Source of the DNA: Microbacterium sp. NPDC077663
Lineage (GTDB): Bacteria > Actinomycetota > Actinomycetes > Actinomycetales > Microbacteriaceae
Direction of reading: 5' to 3'
Assembly: GCF_044542795.1 (NCBI RefSeq)
Contig: NZ_JBITVE010000002.1
Coordinates: 250,058 to 314,057 of the forward strand
DNA: 64,000 bases
Part shown: positions 1 through 10,809 of the stretch, piece by piece
How positions within the stretch are numbered: the first letter of the stretch is position 1
Layout of the letters: each line of letters begins with the position of its first letter
Position numbers and translations under genes: made by a program
Notes under the pieces: model-generated
What the model was told of the DNA's origin: nothing
Database searches by the model: none
The model's input: only the letters and a program-made list of their open reading frames with translations

Positions 1-122
1 ATGTGCATGCGCTTGACGCGCGCGCTCTCCGCCTCGGGGAGAGTCCCGATTGACTGGTTGTTTACAATCTGCATGTCTTATGTCTACCCAAGATTCGTTT
101 CCGATGTGTGACGCGGTGGTCA

Positions 123-1154
123 CTACTCGGTCTCGTTCGGCACGAACGAGGCGATATGCGCCTCGTCGTGACCGATCTCGTCGCGCTCGATCCGGCCGAT
201 GAGCTCCAGCAGCGTACGGAGCGCGGGCACCTCGAGGCCGTGACGCTCGGCTGCGGCAATCACGGGCAGGAAGTGCGACGGCACTTCGGTGGCGCGACGA
301 CGCACGGCGATGTCGCGCCAGACGCCCGAGCGGGTCTTCGGTTGCGTCTGCAGCCACGCGACGACGTCGTCGAAGACGGCGTCCTGCTCGGCGCGCGTGC
401 CCGTCGGCGCGAACGCCATCGCCCGGTAGGCGTCGAAGTCCTCGAGACGGATGCCCTCGGCGAGCGCGACAGCGCTCACTTCGCCTGCCAGCAGGCGCAT
501 GGTGTCGCGGTAGCGGTCGACGAGGTCCCACATCTCGGCGTCGGCGAGCGCCGTCACCGACGACCATGAACCGAAGGCGAGCTTCGCCCACAGGTATCCC
601 TGCACGTTGTCGGAGATGACCGGCTCGCCGATCCCCCTCAGCGCGTGGGCGAGGTCGCGCACGCGGGGGCTGCCAGGCACGCCGGTGTACTCCCCGAGCG
701 ACATCGCACCGGGGCCGCCTTCCTTCACGACGCCCGGCTCCACCACGTCGGCGAACAGATCGACGAAGGCCGCAACGGTGCGCTCGGCGCCTATGGCCTC
801 GGCGATCTCGCCCTCGTTGAGACCGTTCTGCATCGACACGACGAAGCCGTCCTCAGCCAGCCGCGGCGCAATCCACGCCATCGCCGCGCCGGTCGCCTGC
901 CCCTTGACGGCGAGCAGTACCGCACCGAACTCGGCCGGCGCATCGTCGAGCCCGAACGCGGGCACCCATCCGACGCGGTCGCCCGCGGCCCCGGTGACGC
1001 GCAAGCCGCGCTCGCGGATCGCGGTGACGTGCGCAGCATCCGCGTCGATGATCTGCACCGGACGGCCCGCCTCGAGCAGGGCGACCGCGAGGCTGCCGCC
1101 GATCGCGCCACCGCCGACGACGGTGAACGGGCGGGTCGTGCGGATGGTGCTCAT
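123..1154 (-). CDS. 2-dehydropantoate 2-reductase family protein (ketopantoate reductase PanE/ApbA-like)
   Basis: Internal Met of the longer ORF (MSTIRTT...) gives an N-terminal Rossmann motif VVGGGAIGG and a ketopantoate-reductase-like C-terminus. The ATG at 1154 overlaps the upstream stop (ATGA). Confidence 0.7.
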   Translation of the reverse strand: MSTIRTTRPFTVVGGGAIGGSLAVALLEAGRPVQIIDADAAHVTAIRERGLRVTGAAGDRVGWVPAFGLDDAPAEFGAVLLAVKGQATGAAMAWIAPRLAEDGFVVSMQNGLNEGEIAEAIGAERTVAAFVDLFADVVEPGVVKEGGPGAMSLGEYTGVPGSPRVRDLAHALRGIGEPVISDNVQGYLWAKLAFGSWSSVTALADAEMWDLVDRYRDTMRLLAGEVSAVALAEGIRLEDFDAYRAMAFAPTGTRAEQDAVFDDVVAWLQTQPKTRSGVWRDIAVRRRATEVPSHFLPVIAAAERHGLEVPALRTLLELIGRIERDEIGHDEAHIASFVPNETE

Positions 1155-2371
1155 CGGGTCTCCAGAGAGGTGTTCGGGTCGGTTGCCGCGCGCGGGCGCT
1201 CGACGGCACGGCGCAAGCGCTCGATCGCCCAGCGAGTCTCGAGCTCGATCGCGTCGCCGAGGACGGCGTCGTCGAAGCGGGCGGTCGCGGCGTGGTTGGC
1301 TGCGGGGTCGGCCACGCCGTCGGGACGGGCACCGAGGAAGGCGAACCACGAGGGCATGAGCGCCGCGATACGGGAGAAGTCCTCGGTCATCGCGGCGGGT
1401 CGGGGTGCGTCGCCGACGAGATCCGCGCCGAAGACATCCGCGGCGACGGCGCTCGCGAACCGGTGCTCGGCGGCATCCACGATCACCGATGGGTAGCCCT
1501 GCGTGATCGCGATGTCTACGGCTGCGCCGTGTGCCGCCGCAAGGCCCTCGCAGACGCGCTCGATGATCGCGACCGCACGCTCGCGCACTGTGGGGTCGAA
1601 CGTGCGCAGGGTCGCGTCGAACTCGGCGCTCTCGGGGATGACGTTGCGGCGCGTGCCGGCGTGGACGTACCCAGGCGTGAAGACGACGGCCTCGTGCGCG
1701 TCGATGCCACGACTGAGCGCCACCGGGATGTGGCCGAGCGCACCCACCAGCGCAGGGATCGGGTCGACGGCGAGGTGCGGCGTGGCGCCGTGTCCTCCGA
1801 CGCCGCGGAACACCGCGTGCACGGACGTGCCACTGCCGGTGACGGCACCGGCCCGCGAGCGGATCTCACCTCGGGGACGGTCCGAGAGCACGTGCAGGGC
1901 GAAGCCGGCGACCCACTCGGCACCGACGAGGTCGAGCAGCCCCTCCTCGACGAGCAGGCGGGCACCGTCGAGGGCTTCTTCGCCGGCCTGGAACAGCAGT
2001 GCGACATCGCCCGCGAGGTCAGCGCGGCGGGCGGCGAGCGCATGGGCGGCGCCGACCAGGGCTGCGGTGTGGAGATCGTGGCCGCAGGCGTGCATCGCCT
2101 CGGTCGCGCTGGCGAAAGCTTCACCGGACGCCTCGACGACGGGCAGCGCGTCCATGTCGGCGCGCAGCAGCACGGCACGGCGAGCGCCCTCGGAGGTGGT
2201 GGCGCCGCGGATGACCGCGATGAAGGAGCTGGTCTCGCGCGAGTCGAGGATCTCGAGCCTGAGGGGCGCCAGCGCCGTGCGCACGCGGCGGACGGTGCGC
2301 GGGAGGCGCAGTCCGATCTCGGGGTCGGCGTGCAGGTCGCGGCGGAGCGCGACGGCGTCGAAGGTGGTCAT
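1151..2371 (-). CDS. M20 family amidohydrolase (hippurate hydrolase / N-acyl-L-amino acid amidohydrolase-like)
   Basis: 406 aa ORF with M20D-like metal-binding motifs (ACGHDLH). Its stop overlaps the downstream start and its start overlaps the upstream dipeptidase stop by 4 bp. Confidence 0.8.
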   Translation of the reverse strand: MTTFDAVALRRDLHADPEIGLRLPRTVRRVRTALAPLRLEILDSRETSSFIAVIRGATTSEGARRAVLLRADMDALPVVEASGEAFASATEAMHACGHDLHTAALVGAAHALAARRADLAGDVALLFQAGEEALDGARLLVEEGLLDLVGAEWVAGFALHVLSDRPRGEIRSRAGAVTGSGTSVHAVFRGVGGHGATPHLAVDPIPALVGALGHIPVALSRGIDAHEAVVFTPGYVHAGTRRNVIPESAEFDATLRTFDPTVRERAVAIIERVCEGLAAAHGAAVDIAITQGYPSVIVDAAEHRFASAVAADVFGADLVGDAPRPAAMTEDFSRIAALMPSWFAFLGARPDGVADPAANHAATARFDDAVLGDAIELETRWAIERLRRAVERPRAATDPNTSLETR

Positions 2372-3474
2372 GCGGCACGCTCCGGGAGGACGGCGGTGAG
2401 CAGGCGGCGGGCATTACCGCCGAGCACGGCGGCGATGTCGACGTCGGCCCAGCCTCGGGTGATGAGCGCACGGCAGACCTGCACGGGCAGCTCTGACGGA
2501 TTGTCGGCGCCCGCGACCGGCTCGAGATCGAACGGCACGGCACCGGCGGGCGGCTCGCTGCCGCGCGAGTCGAGGGCACGGTACAGCCCGACGTGGTCGC
2601 CGTAGAACGTGTCGCCGCCGAGGGCGACCGCGCCGACGCCGAACGACTCGGCGCAGTACTCGATGTGGCGCACGACATCGTGGACGGTGTGGCCCGCGGC
2701 ATCCGCGTCGGTCCGGGTCGAACCGGGCGCCGCCTCGATGCCGATGACCCCGCCCCGCTCGGCGGCGGCGCGGATCACCCGGTCCGGGACCATCCGGGTC
2801 GACCCCCACAGCGACTGCGCGCCGGCGTGGTTGATCGCGACCGGGGCGGTGGACGCCTCGATCGCCTCGAGCGAGGTGCGGTCACCGGCGTGCGACACGT
2901 CGACGACCATGCCGAGGGCGTTCATGCGGGCGATCGCCTCGTGCCCGAAGTTGGTGAGTCCGGTGTCGTGCTGAGCCAGCCCGCAGCCGAGCGGCGAGCC
3001 GTGGTTGTAGGCGACGCCCGCCATGACGATCCCGAGGCGCTGCAATTCGTCGAGGTCGCCGAGCGTTCGGACCGTGCCGAGGTCTTCGAGCCCGAGCGCG
3101 ACGCCGACTCCGGGGCCGTCGAGGTCGGTCCAGGTGCGCACCGGGCGGAGGCCGGACTGCGCGGCGATCTGCCCAGACATCGATGCGGCCCACGAGGCGA
3201 CGAATGCCGGGTCGGGCTGCGAGAAGCAGGTCGCGACGACGAGGTCGAGGACGGATGCCGCGAGCTCGTCGCCCGCGAGCACGTCGACCGCACCCCGCAT
3301 GTGGGCCGCCCACGTGTCCGCGGTGAGCGGCTCGGGCAGGCGGACGGGGTGCTCATGCAGCGACGCGACGGGACCGGCGAGGAGCGCGCGTGCGCGCGCC
3401 TCACCGGCGGCGTCGAGCGGGACTGTGGGGGCGGTCGCCGCGTCGCCTCCCGTCGCGTAGCCGAGCTCAGGCAT
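2368..3474 (-). CDS. membrane dipeptidase (peptidase M19 family)
   Basis: Start placed at the internal Met (MPELGYATGG...) by family length. M19 renal-dipeptidase-like similarity throughout; 8 bp overlap with the upstream SDR gene. Confidence 0.75.
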   Translation of the reverse strand: MPELGYATGGDAATAPTVPLDAAGEARARALLAGPVASLHEHPVRLPEPLTADTWAAHMRGAVDVLAGDELAASVLDLVVATCFSQPDPAFVASWAASMSGQIAAQSGLRPVRTWTDLDGPGVGVALGLEDLGTVRTLGDLDELQRLGIVMAGVAYNHGSPLGCGLAQHDTGLTNFGHEAIARMNALGMVVDVSHAGDRTSLEAIEASTAPVAINHAGAQSLWGSTRMVPDRVIRAAAERGGVIGIEAAPGSTRTDADAAGHTVHDVVRHIEYCAESFGVGAVALGGDTFYGDHVGLYRALDSRGSEPPAGAVPFDLEPVAGADNPSELPVQVCRALITRGWADVDIAAVLGGNARRLLTAVLPERAA

Positions 3475-4294
3475 CCGTCGTGGAGACCTCTCCGTGGATA
3501 CCGAGCGACATGACCGGCCACGAGCGGGGCAGGCCGGCGTTGCCGGTGCTGGAGCCACCGTCCACGCGGATGATCGTCCCGGTCACCCAGTTGGCCGCGT
3601 CGGAGGCGACCCAGAGCACGGCTTCGCCGATGTCTTCAGGCGTGCCGTCGCGGCCGAGCGGGTTCTGGTCGGCGCCCTGACGGTACTTCTCCTCGTACGG
3701 GTTCACCGGGCTTTGCACCGCAACGAAGCCGGGCGAGACCGCGTTGACGCGGATGCCGAGGGGGCCGAGCTCGAGCGCCGACGCCTTCGTCCACATCTCG
3801 AGGGCGGCCTTCGAGGTGGAGTACGGCGCCGCCGCCGTACGGGCACGGAGCGCGGCACCGGAGGTGATGTTCACGACGCTGCCGATGCGACCTTCGGCCT
3901 TCGCGCGCTTCGCGAACGCGACGGTCGTGAGGACGGCGGAGCGGACGTTGACGTCTTGGATCGCGTCCCACACCTTCGCGGTGAGCTCGAGCAGCGGCGT
4001 GGAGGGGTAGATGCCCGCTCCGTTGACGACGAGGTCGACCGGGCCGGTGCGCTCCCACGCGGTGTCGATCGCGGCACCGGGGTCGGTCTCGCTCGTGAGG
4101 TCGGCGACGATGTTGCCGACGGTGGCGCCTGCGACGGATGCCGCGATCTGCCCGGCCGCGTCGCGCAGTGCGTCCGCGCGGTAGTCGACGAGCGTGACGG
4201 CCGCGCCGGCCCGGGCGAGCACGGTCGCGATGCCGATGCCGATGCCGCCGGCACCGCCGGTGACGACGGCGTGGGTGATGGTGGTGTCAGACAT
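3467..4294 (-). CDS. SDR family oxidoreductase
   Basis: N-terminal TGGAGGIG Rossmann motif and a YxxxK active-site region (YSTSK); 275 aa. Confidence 0.8.
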   Translation of the reverse strand: MSDTTITHAVVTGGAGGIGIGIATVLARAGAAVTLVDYRADALRDAAGQIAASVAGATVGNIVADLTSETDPGAAIDTAWERTGPVDLVVNGAGIYPSTPLLELTAKVWDAIQDVNVRSAVLTTVAFAKRAKAEGRIGSVVNITSGAALRARTAAAPYSTSKAALEMWTKASALELGPLGIRVNAVSPGFVAVQSPVNPYEEKYRQGADQNPLGRDGTPEDIGEAVLWVASDAANWVTGTIIRVDGGSSTGNAGLPRSWPVMSLGIHGEVSTTDA

Positions 4295-5198
4295 GCGTGT
4301 GGATCTCTCCTCGGTCGAGCCAGCCGGAGAACATGCCCTCCGTGTTGTAGGTCAGGTGGATGCCGCCACGCGCGTCGACGGCGATGAGCCCGCCGCGGCC
4401 GTCGGCGTCACCGAGATCAGCCATGGCAGCGTGGACGGCGTCACCGAGCGTCGCGTCGGTGTGTTTCAGGTGGGCGTGCACGGAGTGCGCGAGCGCCTGG
4501 CGCATGAACTCCTCACCGACGCCGGTGCATGAGATCGCGACCGTGTCGTTCGCGGCCCAGGTGCCGGCGCCGATGATCGGGCTGTCCCCGACCCGTCCGG
4601 GCAGCTGGTTGGCTGTGCCGCCGGTCGAGGTCGCCGCAGCGAGCGCCCCGGACGCATCACGGGCGACAGCGCCGACCGTGCCGTGACGCGGACCGGTGAG
4701 CTCCTTCGCACGCAGCTTCTCGAGCTGGGCGACGCGGGCGGGGGTGATGAAGTACTCGGGCGGGACAAGGTCGAGCCCCCACGCCTCGACCATCGACAGC
4801 GAAGGGTCGACGAGCAGCACGTGCGAGGTCTGCTCCATCACCGCACGCGCCGCCAGCACGGGGTTGCGAACGGCCCGCACGCCGGCGACGCCACCGGCGT
4901 CGCCGGCACCCACCATGACAGCCGCGTCGAGCTCGGCGTATCCGTCGGCGTTCAACGCGGCGCCGTGCGCCGCGTTGAACAGGGGCGAGTCCTCGAGGAC
5001 GAGCACGGCCGCGCAGACGGCGTCGAGGGCAGGGCCACCGGCGTCCAGCACGACTTTGCCTGCTCGCACCGCCTTCGCGAGCGCGGCGTGGTACTCGGCC
5101 TTTTCATCATCGACGAGCAGGGAGGGTCGGGCTCCAGCGCCGCCGTGGATAGCGAGGGCGGGACCGTCACTGACGTCCGCGCGCAGGGTCGTGAGCAT
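4287..5198 (-). CDS. isoaspartyl peptidase / L-asparaginase (Ntn-hydrolase, plant-type asparaginase family)
   Basis: Start placed at the internal Met (MLTTLRADV...) because the upstream extension is Arg/Gly-rich junk. Conserved AIHGGAG, GTVGAVA and a threonine nucleophile region (ISCTGVGE). Confidence 0.75.
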   Translation of the reverse strand: MLTTLRADVSDGPALAIHGGAGARPSLLVDDEKAEYHAALAKAVRAGKVVLDAGGPALDAVCAAVLVLEDSPLFNAAHGAALNADGYAELDAAVMVGAGDAGGVAGVRAVRNPVLAARAVMEQTSHVLLVDPSLSMVEAWGLDLVPPEYFITPARVAQLEKLRAKELTGPRHGTVGAVARDASGALAAATSTGGTANQLPGRVGDSPIIGAGTWAANDTVAISCTGVGEEFMRQALAHSVHAHLKHTDATLGDAVHAAMADLGDADGRGGLIAVDARGGIHLTYNTEGMFSGWLDRGEIHTHV

Positions 5199-5265
5199 AG
5201 GGAGGAACTCTCGGATCGGGGGAGCGACGGGTTCGGGGCCGCCACATCCAAGCTGACACGAACGA

Positions 5266-5314
5266 TTCACATGTCCAACCCGAGGCGCAATCTGTAACAT
5301 GCATTTCACATCTC
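5266..5314. promoter_or_regulatory. direct repeat TTCACATGTC / TTCACATCTC in the lower-GC divergent promoter region
   Basis: Two near-identical 10-mers 39 bp apart, in the only AT-richer stretch between the divergent asparaginase operon and the RpiR gene. Seen directly; function inferred. Confidence 0.25.
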
Positions 5315-5342
5315 GCCTATCGATGCACGCTACGTTCGGGGT

Positions 5343-6209
5343 GTGCCCGAACCTTCCGCCGTGCCCGCACCCTCCGATGAGCAGGTCTCCGTGGTCGAGT
5401 TGATCCACGACGCGATGCCGCGCATGTCGACCACCGACCGTCGCATCGCGCACATCCTCCTGGCCGACCTCCCTCGCGGTGCACTCGGAACCGCGAGCGA
5501 GCTGGCGGCGCGTGCCGAAGTGTCAGCAGCCAGCGTCGTGCGGTTCTGCCGACGCATCGGGTTCGCCGGCTTCACGGACCTCGGCGAACGCGTCCGCACC
5601 GAGGTATCGCGCACCGCGAACAGTCCCGTCGCCCGCGCTCGCACCCTCCGGCCCGACACTGCGCTCGACCGCGAACTCGAGCATCGCGCGGAACTCGTCC
5701 GGACCGTCATGTCGTCGGTGCCCGCGAACGAAATCGATCGCGTCCTCACCCTCCTGTCCGACACGGCGCGCACCGTCATGACGGCAGGTGGCACGCTCTC
5801 CCAGCTCGCGGCGAGATACCTGCAGCTGCAGCTGCGGCACGTGCGCCCCCGGGTTCTCCACCTCGCCGATCCCGACCAGTCCGATGTCGGGACCGTCCTC
5901 GACCTCCGGCGTCGTGACATCGTCGTGCTGTTCGACTTCCGCCGCTACGAGCCCCGCTCAATGCGCCTGGCTGAGCGGGCGCGCGAGCGCGGAGCGTCCG
6001 TCATCCTCGTGACCGATGCGTGGCTCTCACCGGTCGCCCGGATCGCCGACATCGTGCTCCCTCTCGACGTCGAGGCGAGTTTCCTCGACAGCCTCACGCC
6101 CGCGTTCGCGCTCGTCGAATCACTTGTACCGGCTCTTGCCGCCCGCCTCGGCGAGAAGTCGTTGCACCAGATGGACCGCATCGAGAGCCTGCGTCAACGA
6201 GCCGACTGA
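5343..6209 (+). CDS. MurR/RpiR family transcriptional regulator (HTH plus SIS domain)
   Basis: 288 aa. N-terminal HTH (TASELAARAEVSAASVVRFCRRIGFAGF) and C-terminal SIS-like phosphosugar-binding region. GTG start; divergent from the amidohydrolase operon. Confidence 0.8.
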   Translation: MPEPSAVPAPSDEQVSVVELIHDAMPRMSTTDRRIAHILLADLPRGALGTASELAARAEVSAASVVRFCRRIGFAGFTDLGERVRTEVSRTANSPVARARTLRPDTALDRELEHRAELVRTVMSSVPANEIDRVLTLLSDTARTVMTAGGTLSQLAARYLQLQLRHVRPRVLHLADPDQSDVGTVLDLRRRDIVVLFDFRRYEPRSMRLAERARERGASVILVTDAWLSPVARIADIVLPLDVEASFLDSLTPAFALVESLVPALAARLGEKSLHQMDRIESLRQRAD

Positions 6210-6267
6210 CTCGCCCTGCTGTCGATGGCGGCCTGGGCGGATGCCGAGCGGCTCTAGACTCGTCGCC

Positions 6268-7161
6268 ATGACGGAAGGGGCTCCGCAGCGACGTGGCACG
6301 GTCGCCCACAAGGTGCTCAACAACAACGTCGTCATCTCGCTCGACGAGCACGGTGGCGAGCGGGTGCTCATGGGACGCGGCCTCGGATTCCAGCTCAAGC
6401 CCACCGACACGATCGACCCGGCGAAGGTCGAGAAGACCTTCATCCTCGACACGGGCGAGGATGGCGAGCGCGAGCGGCGCATGCTGGCCGACACCCCCTA
6501 TGCCATCGTCGAGGCCGTCTCACGCGCCGTCGATCAGGCGGAGCGCTCGCTCGGTCACCACCTCGGTCGCCGCCTCACGATGGCCGTCATCGATCACGTC
6601 CAGTTCGTACTGGAGCGGCTCGAGAAGGGGATCCGGATCCCAGGAGCGAGCATGCCCGAGCTGCGGGTTCTGCACCCGGCGGAGTTCGCCGCCGCCAAGG
6701 CGATGGCCGAATCGATCTCCACCGCGCTCGAAACCGAGCTCCCCGCGGAGGAGGCCGTGTTCCTCACGATGCACGTCCTGAACGCCACGCGCGACGAACC
6801 GAACGGCACCGCCGCCCTGCTGTTCCGCCGTGTGCAGCACGTCGTCCTGACCGTCGAGAACGGGCTCGGGGTGAAGCTCGACGTCGAGAGCCCGGACTAC
6901 GCCCGCTTCGTCCTTCACATCCAGTTCCTCCTGCAGCGCCTCGTGTCGAGGTCGATGCTGCGCAGCGCCGACAGCTCGTTCTTCGAGTTCGCCAAGCACA
7001 GCTACCCGCGCTCGTTCGCGATCGCTCAGGAGGTCAAGGCCTACGTCAAGGCCGCGACCGAGTCCGCGCTCACCGACGAGGAGCTCCTCTACGTCATCGT
7101 GCACGTCGAACGGCTGGCGTCGCAGGTCGCGGCACCGCCGGCATCCCGCCCCGAGGAGTGA
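6268..7161 (+). CDS. licT: BglG/LicT family transcription antiterminator (CAT RNA-binding domain plus two PRDs)
   Basis: Start at the internal ATG (MTEGAPQRRGTVAHKVLNNNVVISLDE...), typical of the CAT domain; PRD regions follow. A RAT element lies immediately downstream. Confidence 0.85.
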   Translation: MTEGAPQRRGTVAHKVLNNNVVISLDEHGGERVLMGRGLGFQLKPTDTIDPAKVEKTFILDTGEDGERERRMLADTPYAIVEAVSRAVDQAERSLGHHLGRRLTMAVIDHVQFVLERLEKGIRIPGASMPELRVLHPAEFAAAKAMAESISTALETELPAEEAVFLTMHVLNATRDEPNGTAALLFRRVQHVVLTVENGLGVKLDVESPDYARFVLHIQFLLQRLVSRSMLRSADSSFFEFAKHSYPRSFAIAQEVKAYVKAATESALTDEELLYVIVHVERLASQVAAPPASRPEE

Positions 7162-7229
7162 CACTGGCGTCCTATTCGGATGCATGCTAATGTCTCGGAT
7201 CGCGGGCCGATGCAGACCTGCGACGCGAC

Positions 7230-7259
7230 GGATTGTTACTGCTGCAGCAGGCAAAACCT
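7230..7259 (+). promoter_or_regulatory. RAT (ribonucleic antiterminator) element, LicT/BglG target
   Basis: GGATTGTTACTGCTGCAGCAGGCAAAACCTG closely matches the Bacillus RAT consensus GGATTGTTACTG..GCAGGCAAAACC. A candidate extended -10 (TGcTAATGT) lies at 7185-7193. Confidence 0.8.
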
Positions 7260-7304
7260 GAACTCACATCGCTTTCGAGCGATGAACGAGTTCAGGTTTT
7301 TTTG
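7257..7304 (+). terminator. intrinsic terminator overlapping the RAT (conditional terminator of the bgl operon)
   Basis: Stem cctgaactcacatcgc / gcgatgaacgagttcagg followed by TTTTTTTG; the 5' arm overlaps the 3' end of the RAT, as in licT/bglG-controlled operons. Confidence 0.8.
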
Positions 7305-7378
7305 TTGCCCGGAAACGGCTCCGACGCGTGTTCCACCCGAGAATGCCGCGCCGATGCGGCAAGAAAGAGCGTGTCCCG

Positions 7379-9238
7379 ATGGACTACTCGAAGACCGCGG
7401 CCGGCGTCCTGAAGGGCGTCGGCGGAGAAGAGAACGTCAGTTCGCTCGTGCACTGCGCCACCCGCCTGCGCTTCGTGCTGAAGGACGAGTCGAAGGCCGA
7501 CACCGCCGCCGTCAAGGCGACCCCGGGTGTCGTGACCGTGGCCCAGGCAGGCGGGCAGTACCAGGTGGTCATCGGCAACGACGTCCCCGACGTCTTCGCC
7601 GAGATCGGCAAGATCTCGAAGCTCGGCGCCGCGTCCGCCGACGGCGCCGCAACGGATGCGCCGAAGGGCAACCTGTTCAACCGCTTCATCTCGATGATCT
7701 CGTCGATCTTCACCCCCGTGCTGTGGGCCCTCGCCGGTACCGGTCTGCTGAAGGCCTTCCTCGCCGCCGCCGTCACCTTCGGCTGGATCGCCACCGACAC
7801 CTCGACCTACGCCGTGCTGAACGCTCTGTCGGATGCGTTCATCAACTTCCTGCCGATCGCGCTGTCGATCACGGCCGCGCGCTACTTCAAGGCGAACGAG
7901 TGGACGTCGCTCGCGATCGCCGGCGCCCTCGTCTACCCGACGATGGCGGGCCTCGTCGGCCAGCCGGGCCTCACGTTCTTCGGCATCCCGTTCACGATGG
8001 TCAGCTATGTGTCGAGCGTCATCCCGATCATCGTGATCGTGTGGCTGCAGAGCCACGCCGAGAAGGTCCTGTACCGCGTGCTCCCCGGCGCCGTGAAGCG
8101 CTTCATGACTCCGATGATCGTCGTGCTCATCGCCGTTCCGCTCGTCTTCGTCGTGATCGGTCCGATCTCCGACCTCCTCGGCGGCGGCCTCGGCACGGGC
8201 ATCGGCTGGGTGTTCGATACGCTGCCGTGGCTCGGCGGCGCCATCATGGGCGGTCTCTGGCAGGTGTTCGTCATCTTCGGCCTGCACTGGGGACTCGTCC
8301 CGCTGTTCACCCTCGAGTTCCAGACCACGGGCCAGATTCTCCTCGTCGGCCCCGTGTTCGCCGCCGTCCTCGCACAGGCCGCGGCCGTCGCCGGCGTCTG
8401 GGTGCGGGCGCGCAACAAGAACCTCAAGTCGCTCGCCGCTCCGGCGACCCTCTCGGGCTTCCTCGCCGGCATCACCGAGCCCGCCATCTACGGCATCAAC
8501 CTGCCGCTCAAGCGACCGTTCGCCTTCGGTATTGTCGGCGGTGCGATCGGTGGTGCGATCATCGCCCTTGGCGGCGTGTTCGCGAAGGCGTTCGTCGTGC
8601 CCTCAGGCCTCGCCCTCCCTGCGCTCCTGGGCAACGGGAACATGGTGTTCCTCGGCGTCGGCCTCCTCGTCGCGATCGTCGTACCGTTCCTGCTGACGAT
8701 CATCGTCGGCTTCAACGAGCCGACCGAGGATGCCGCTCCCGCGCCGGCCTCGGCCGAGAACGACCTCGCGGTCCTCAGCCCGCTCGACGGCACGGTCGTG
8801 CCGCTGTCCGAGACCCCGGACGCCGCGTTCGCCGAGGGCGCCCTCGGTGACGGTGTCGCGATCCTCCCCCGCAGCGGTGCCCTGTACGCGCCGTTCGACG
8901 CGACGATCGCAGCGGCCTTCCCCACCGGTCACGCGATCGGCCTGCGTCACGCCGACGGCGCCGAGGTGCTCATCCACATCGGCATCGACACGGTCAAGCT
9001 CGGCGGCACCCACTTCGACGTGAAGGTCACGACGGGTCAGCAGGTGAAGGCCGGCGACCTGCTCGTCGAGTTCGACGGCGACGCGATCGAGCGTGCAGGC
9101 TACGACCTCACCACGCCGATCGTCGTCACGAACGGCGAGCTCTACCCGGCGATCACCGACCGGGCATCCGGGCCGATCGCCCACGGCGAGCCGCTGTTCA
9201 CGGCCGTCTCGGTCGAGTCCGCGGCCGTCACGGCCTGA
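7379..9238 (+). CDS. bglF: PTS beta-glucoside-specific transporter subunit EIIBCA
   Basis: Start at the internal ATG (MDYSKTAAGVLKG...) preceded by AAGAAAGAG. EIIB Cys motif (CATRLRF), a multi-TM EIIC core, and a C-terminal EIIA-Glc domain with a conserved His region (HAIGLRHADGAEVLIHIGIDTV). Confidence 0.85.
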   Translation: MDYSKTAAGVLKGVGGEENVSSLVHCATRLRFVLKDESKADTAAVKATPGVVTVAQAGGQYQVVIGNDVPDVFAEIGKISKLGAASADGAATDAPKGNLFNRFISMISSIFTPVLWALAGTGLLKAFLAAAVTFGWIATDTSTYAVLNALSDAFINFLPIALSITAARYFKANEWTSLAIAGALVYPTMAGLVGQPGLTFFGIPFTMVSYVSSVIPIIVIVWLQSHAEKVLYRVLPGAVKRFMTPMIVVLIAVPLVFVVIGPISDLLGGGLGTGIGWVFDTLPWLGGAIMGGLWQVFVIFGLHWGLVPLFTLEFQTTGQILLVGPVFAAVLAQAAAVAGVWVRARNKNLKSLAAPATLSGFLAGITEPAIYGINLPLKRPFAFGIVGGAIGGAIIALGGVFAKAFVVPSGLALPALLGNGNMVFLGVGLLVAIVVPFLLTIIVGFNEPTEDAAPAPASAENDLAVLSPLDGTVVPLSETPDAAFAEGALGDGVAILPRSGALYAPFDATIAAAFPTGHAIGLRHADGAEVLIHIGIDTVKLGGTHFDVKVTTGQQVKAGDLLVEFDGDAIERAGYDLTTPIVVTNGELYPAITDRASGPIAHGEPLFTAVSVESAAVTA

Positions 9239-10744
<1,506 letters not shown>

Positions 10745-10754
10745 CCCGACCGGT

Positions 10755-10784
10755 GCGGCCGCGGTGACCCGAACCCGCGGCCGC
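10755..10784. terminator. bidirectional hairpin between convergent bglA and mmuM
   Basis: 10 bp perfect stem GCGGCCGCGG / CCGCGGCCGC with a 10 nt loop in the 65 bp convergent spacer. Confidence 0.5.
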
Positions 10785-10809
10785 GCCACCCACGGCTCGC
10801 CCTCGGCGC

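Noticed and set aside
108-123. Short inverted repeat GTGAC-N6-GTCAC at the 3' end of the first gene
   Set aside because: It is a 5 bp stem overlapping the last sense codons (the TAG stop is at 123-125). It is too weak to call a terminator, and the window edge prevents seeing the downstream context.
6016-6267. N-terminal 84 aa extension of the licT ORF
   Set aside because: The extension overlaps the 3' end of the RpiR gene, is Ser/Arg-rich, and the CAT domain starts at the internal Met at 6268.
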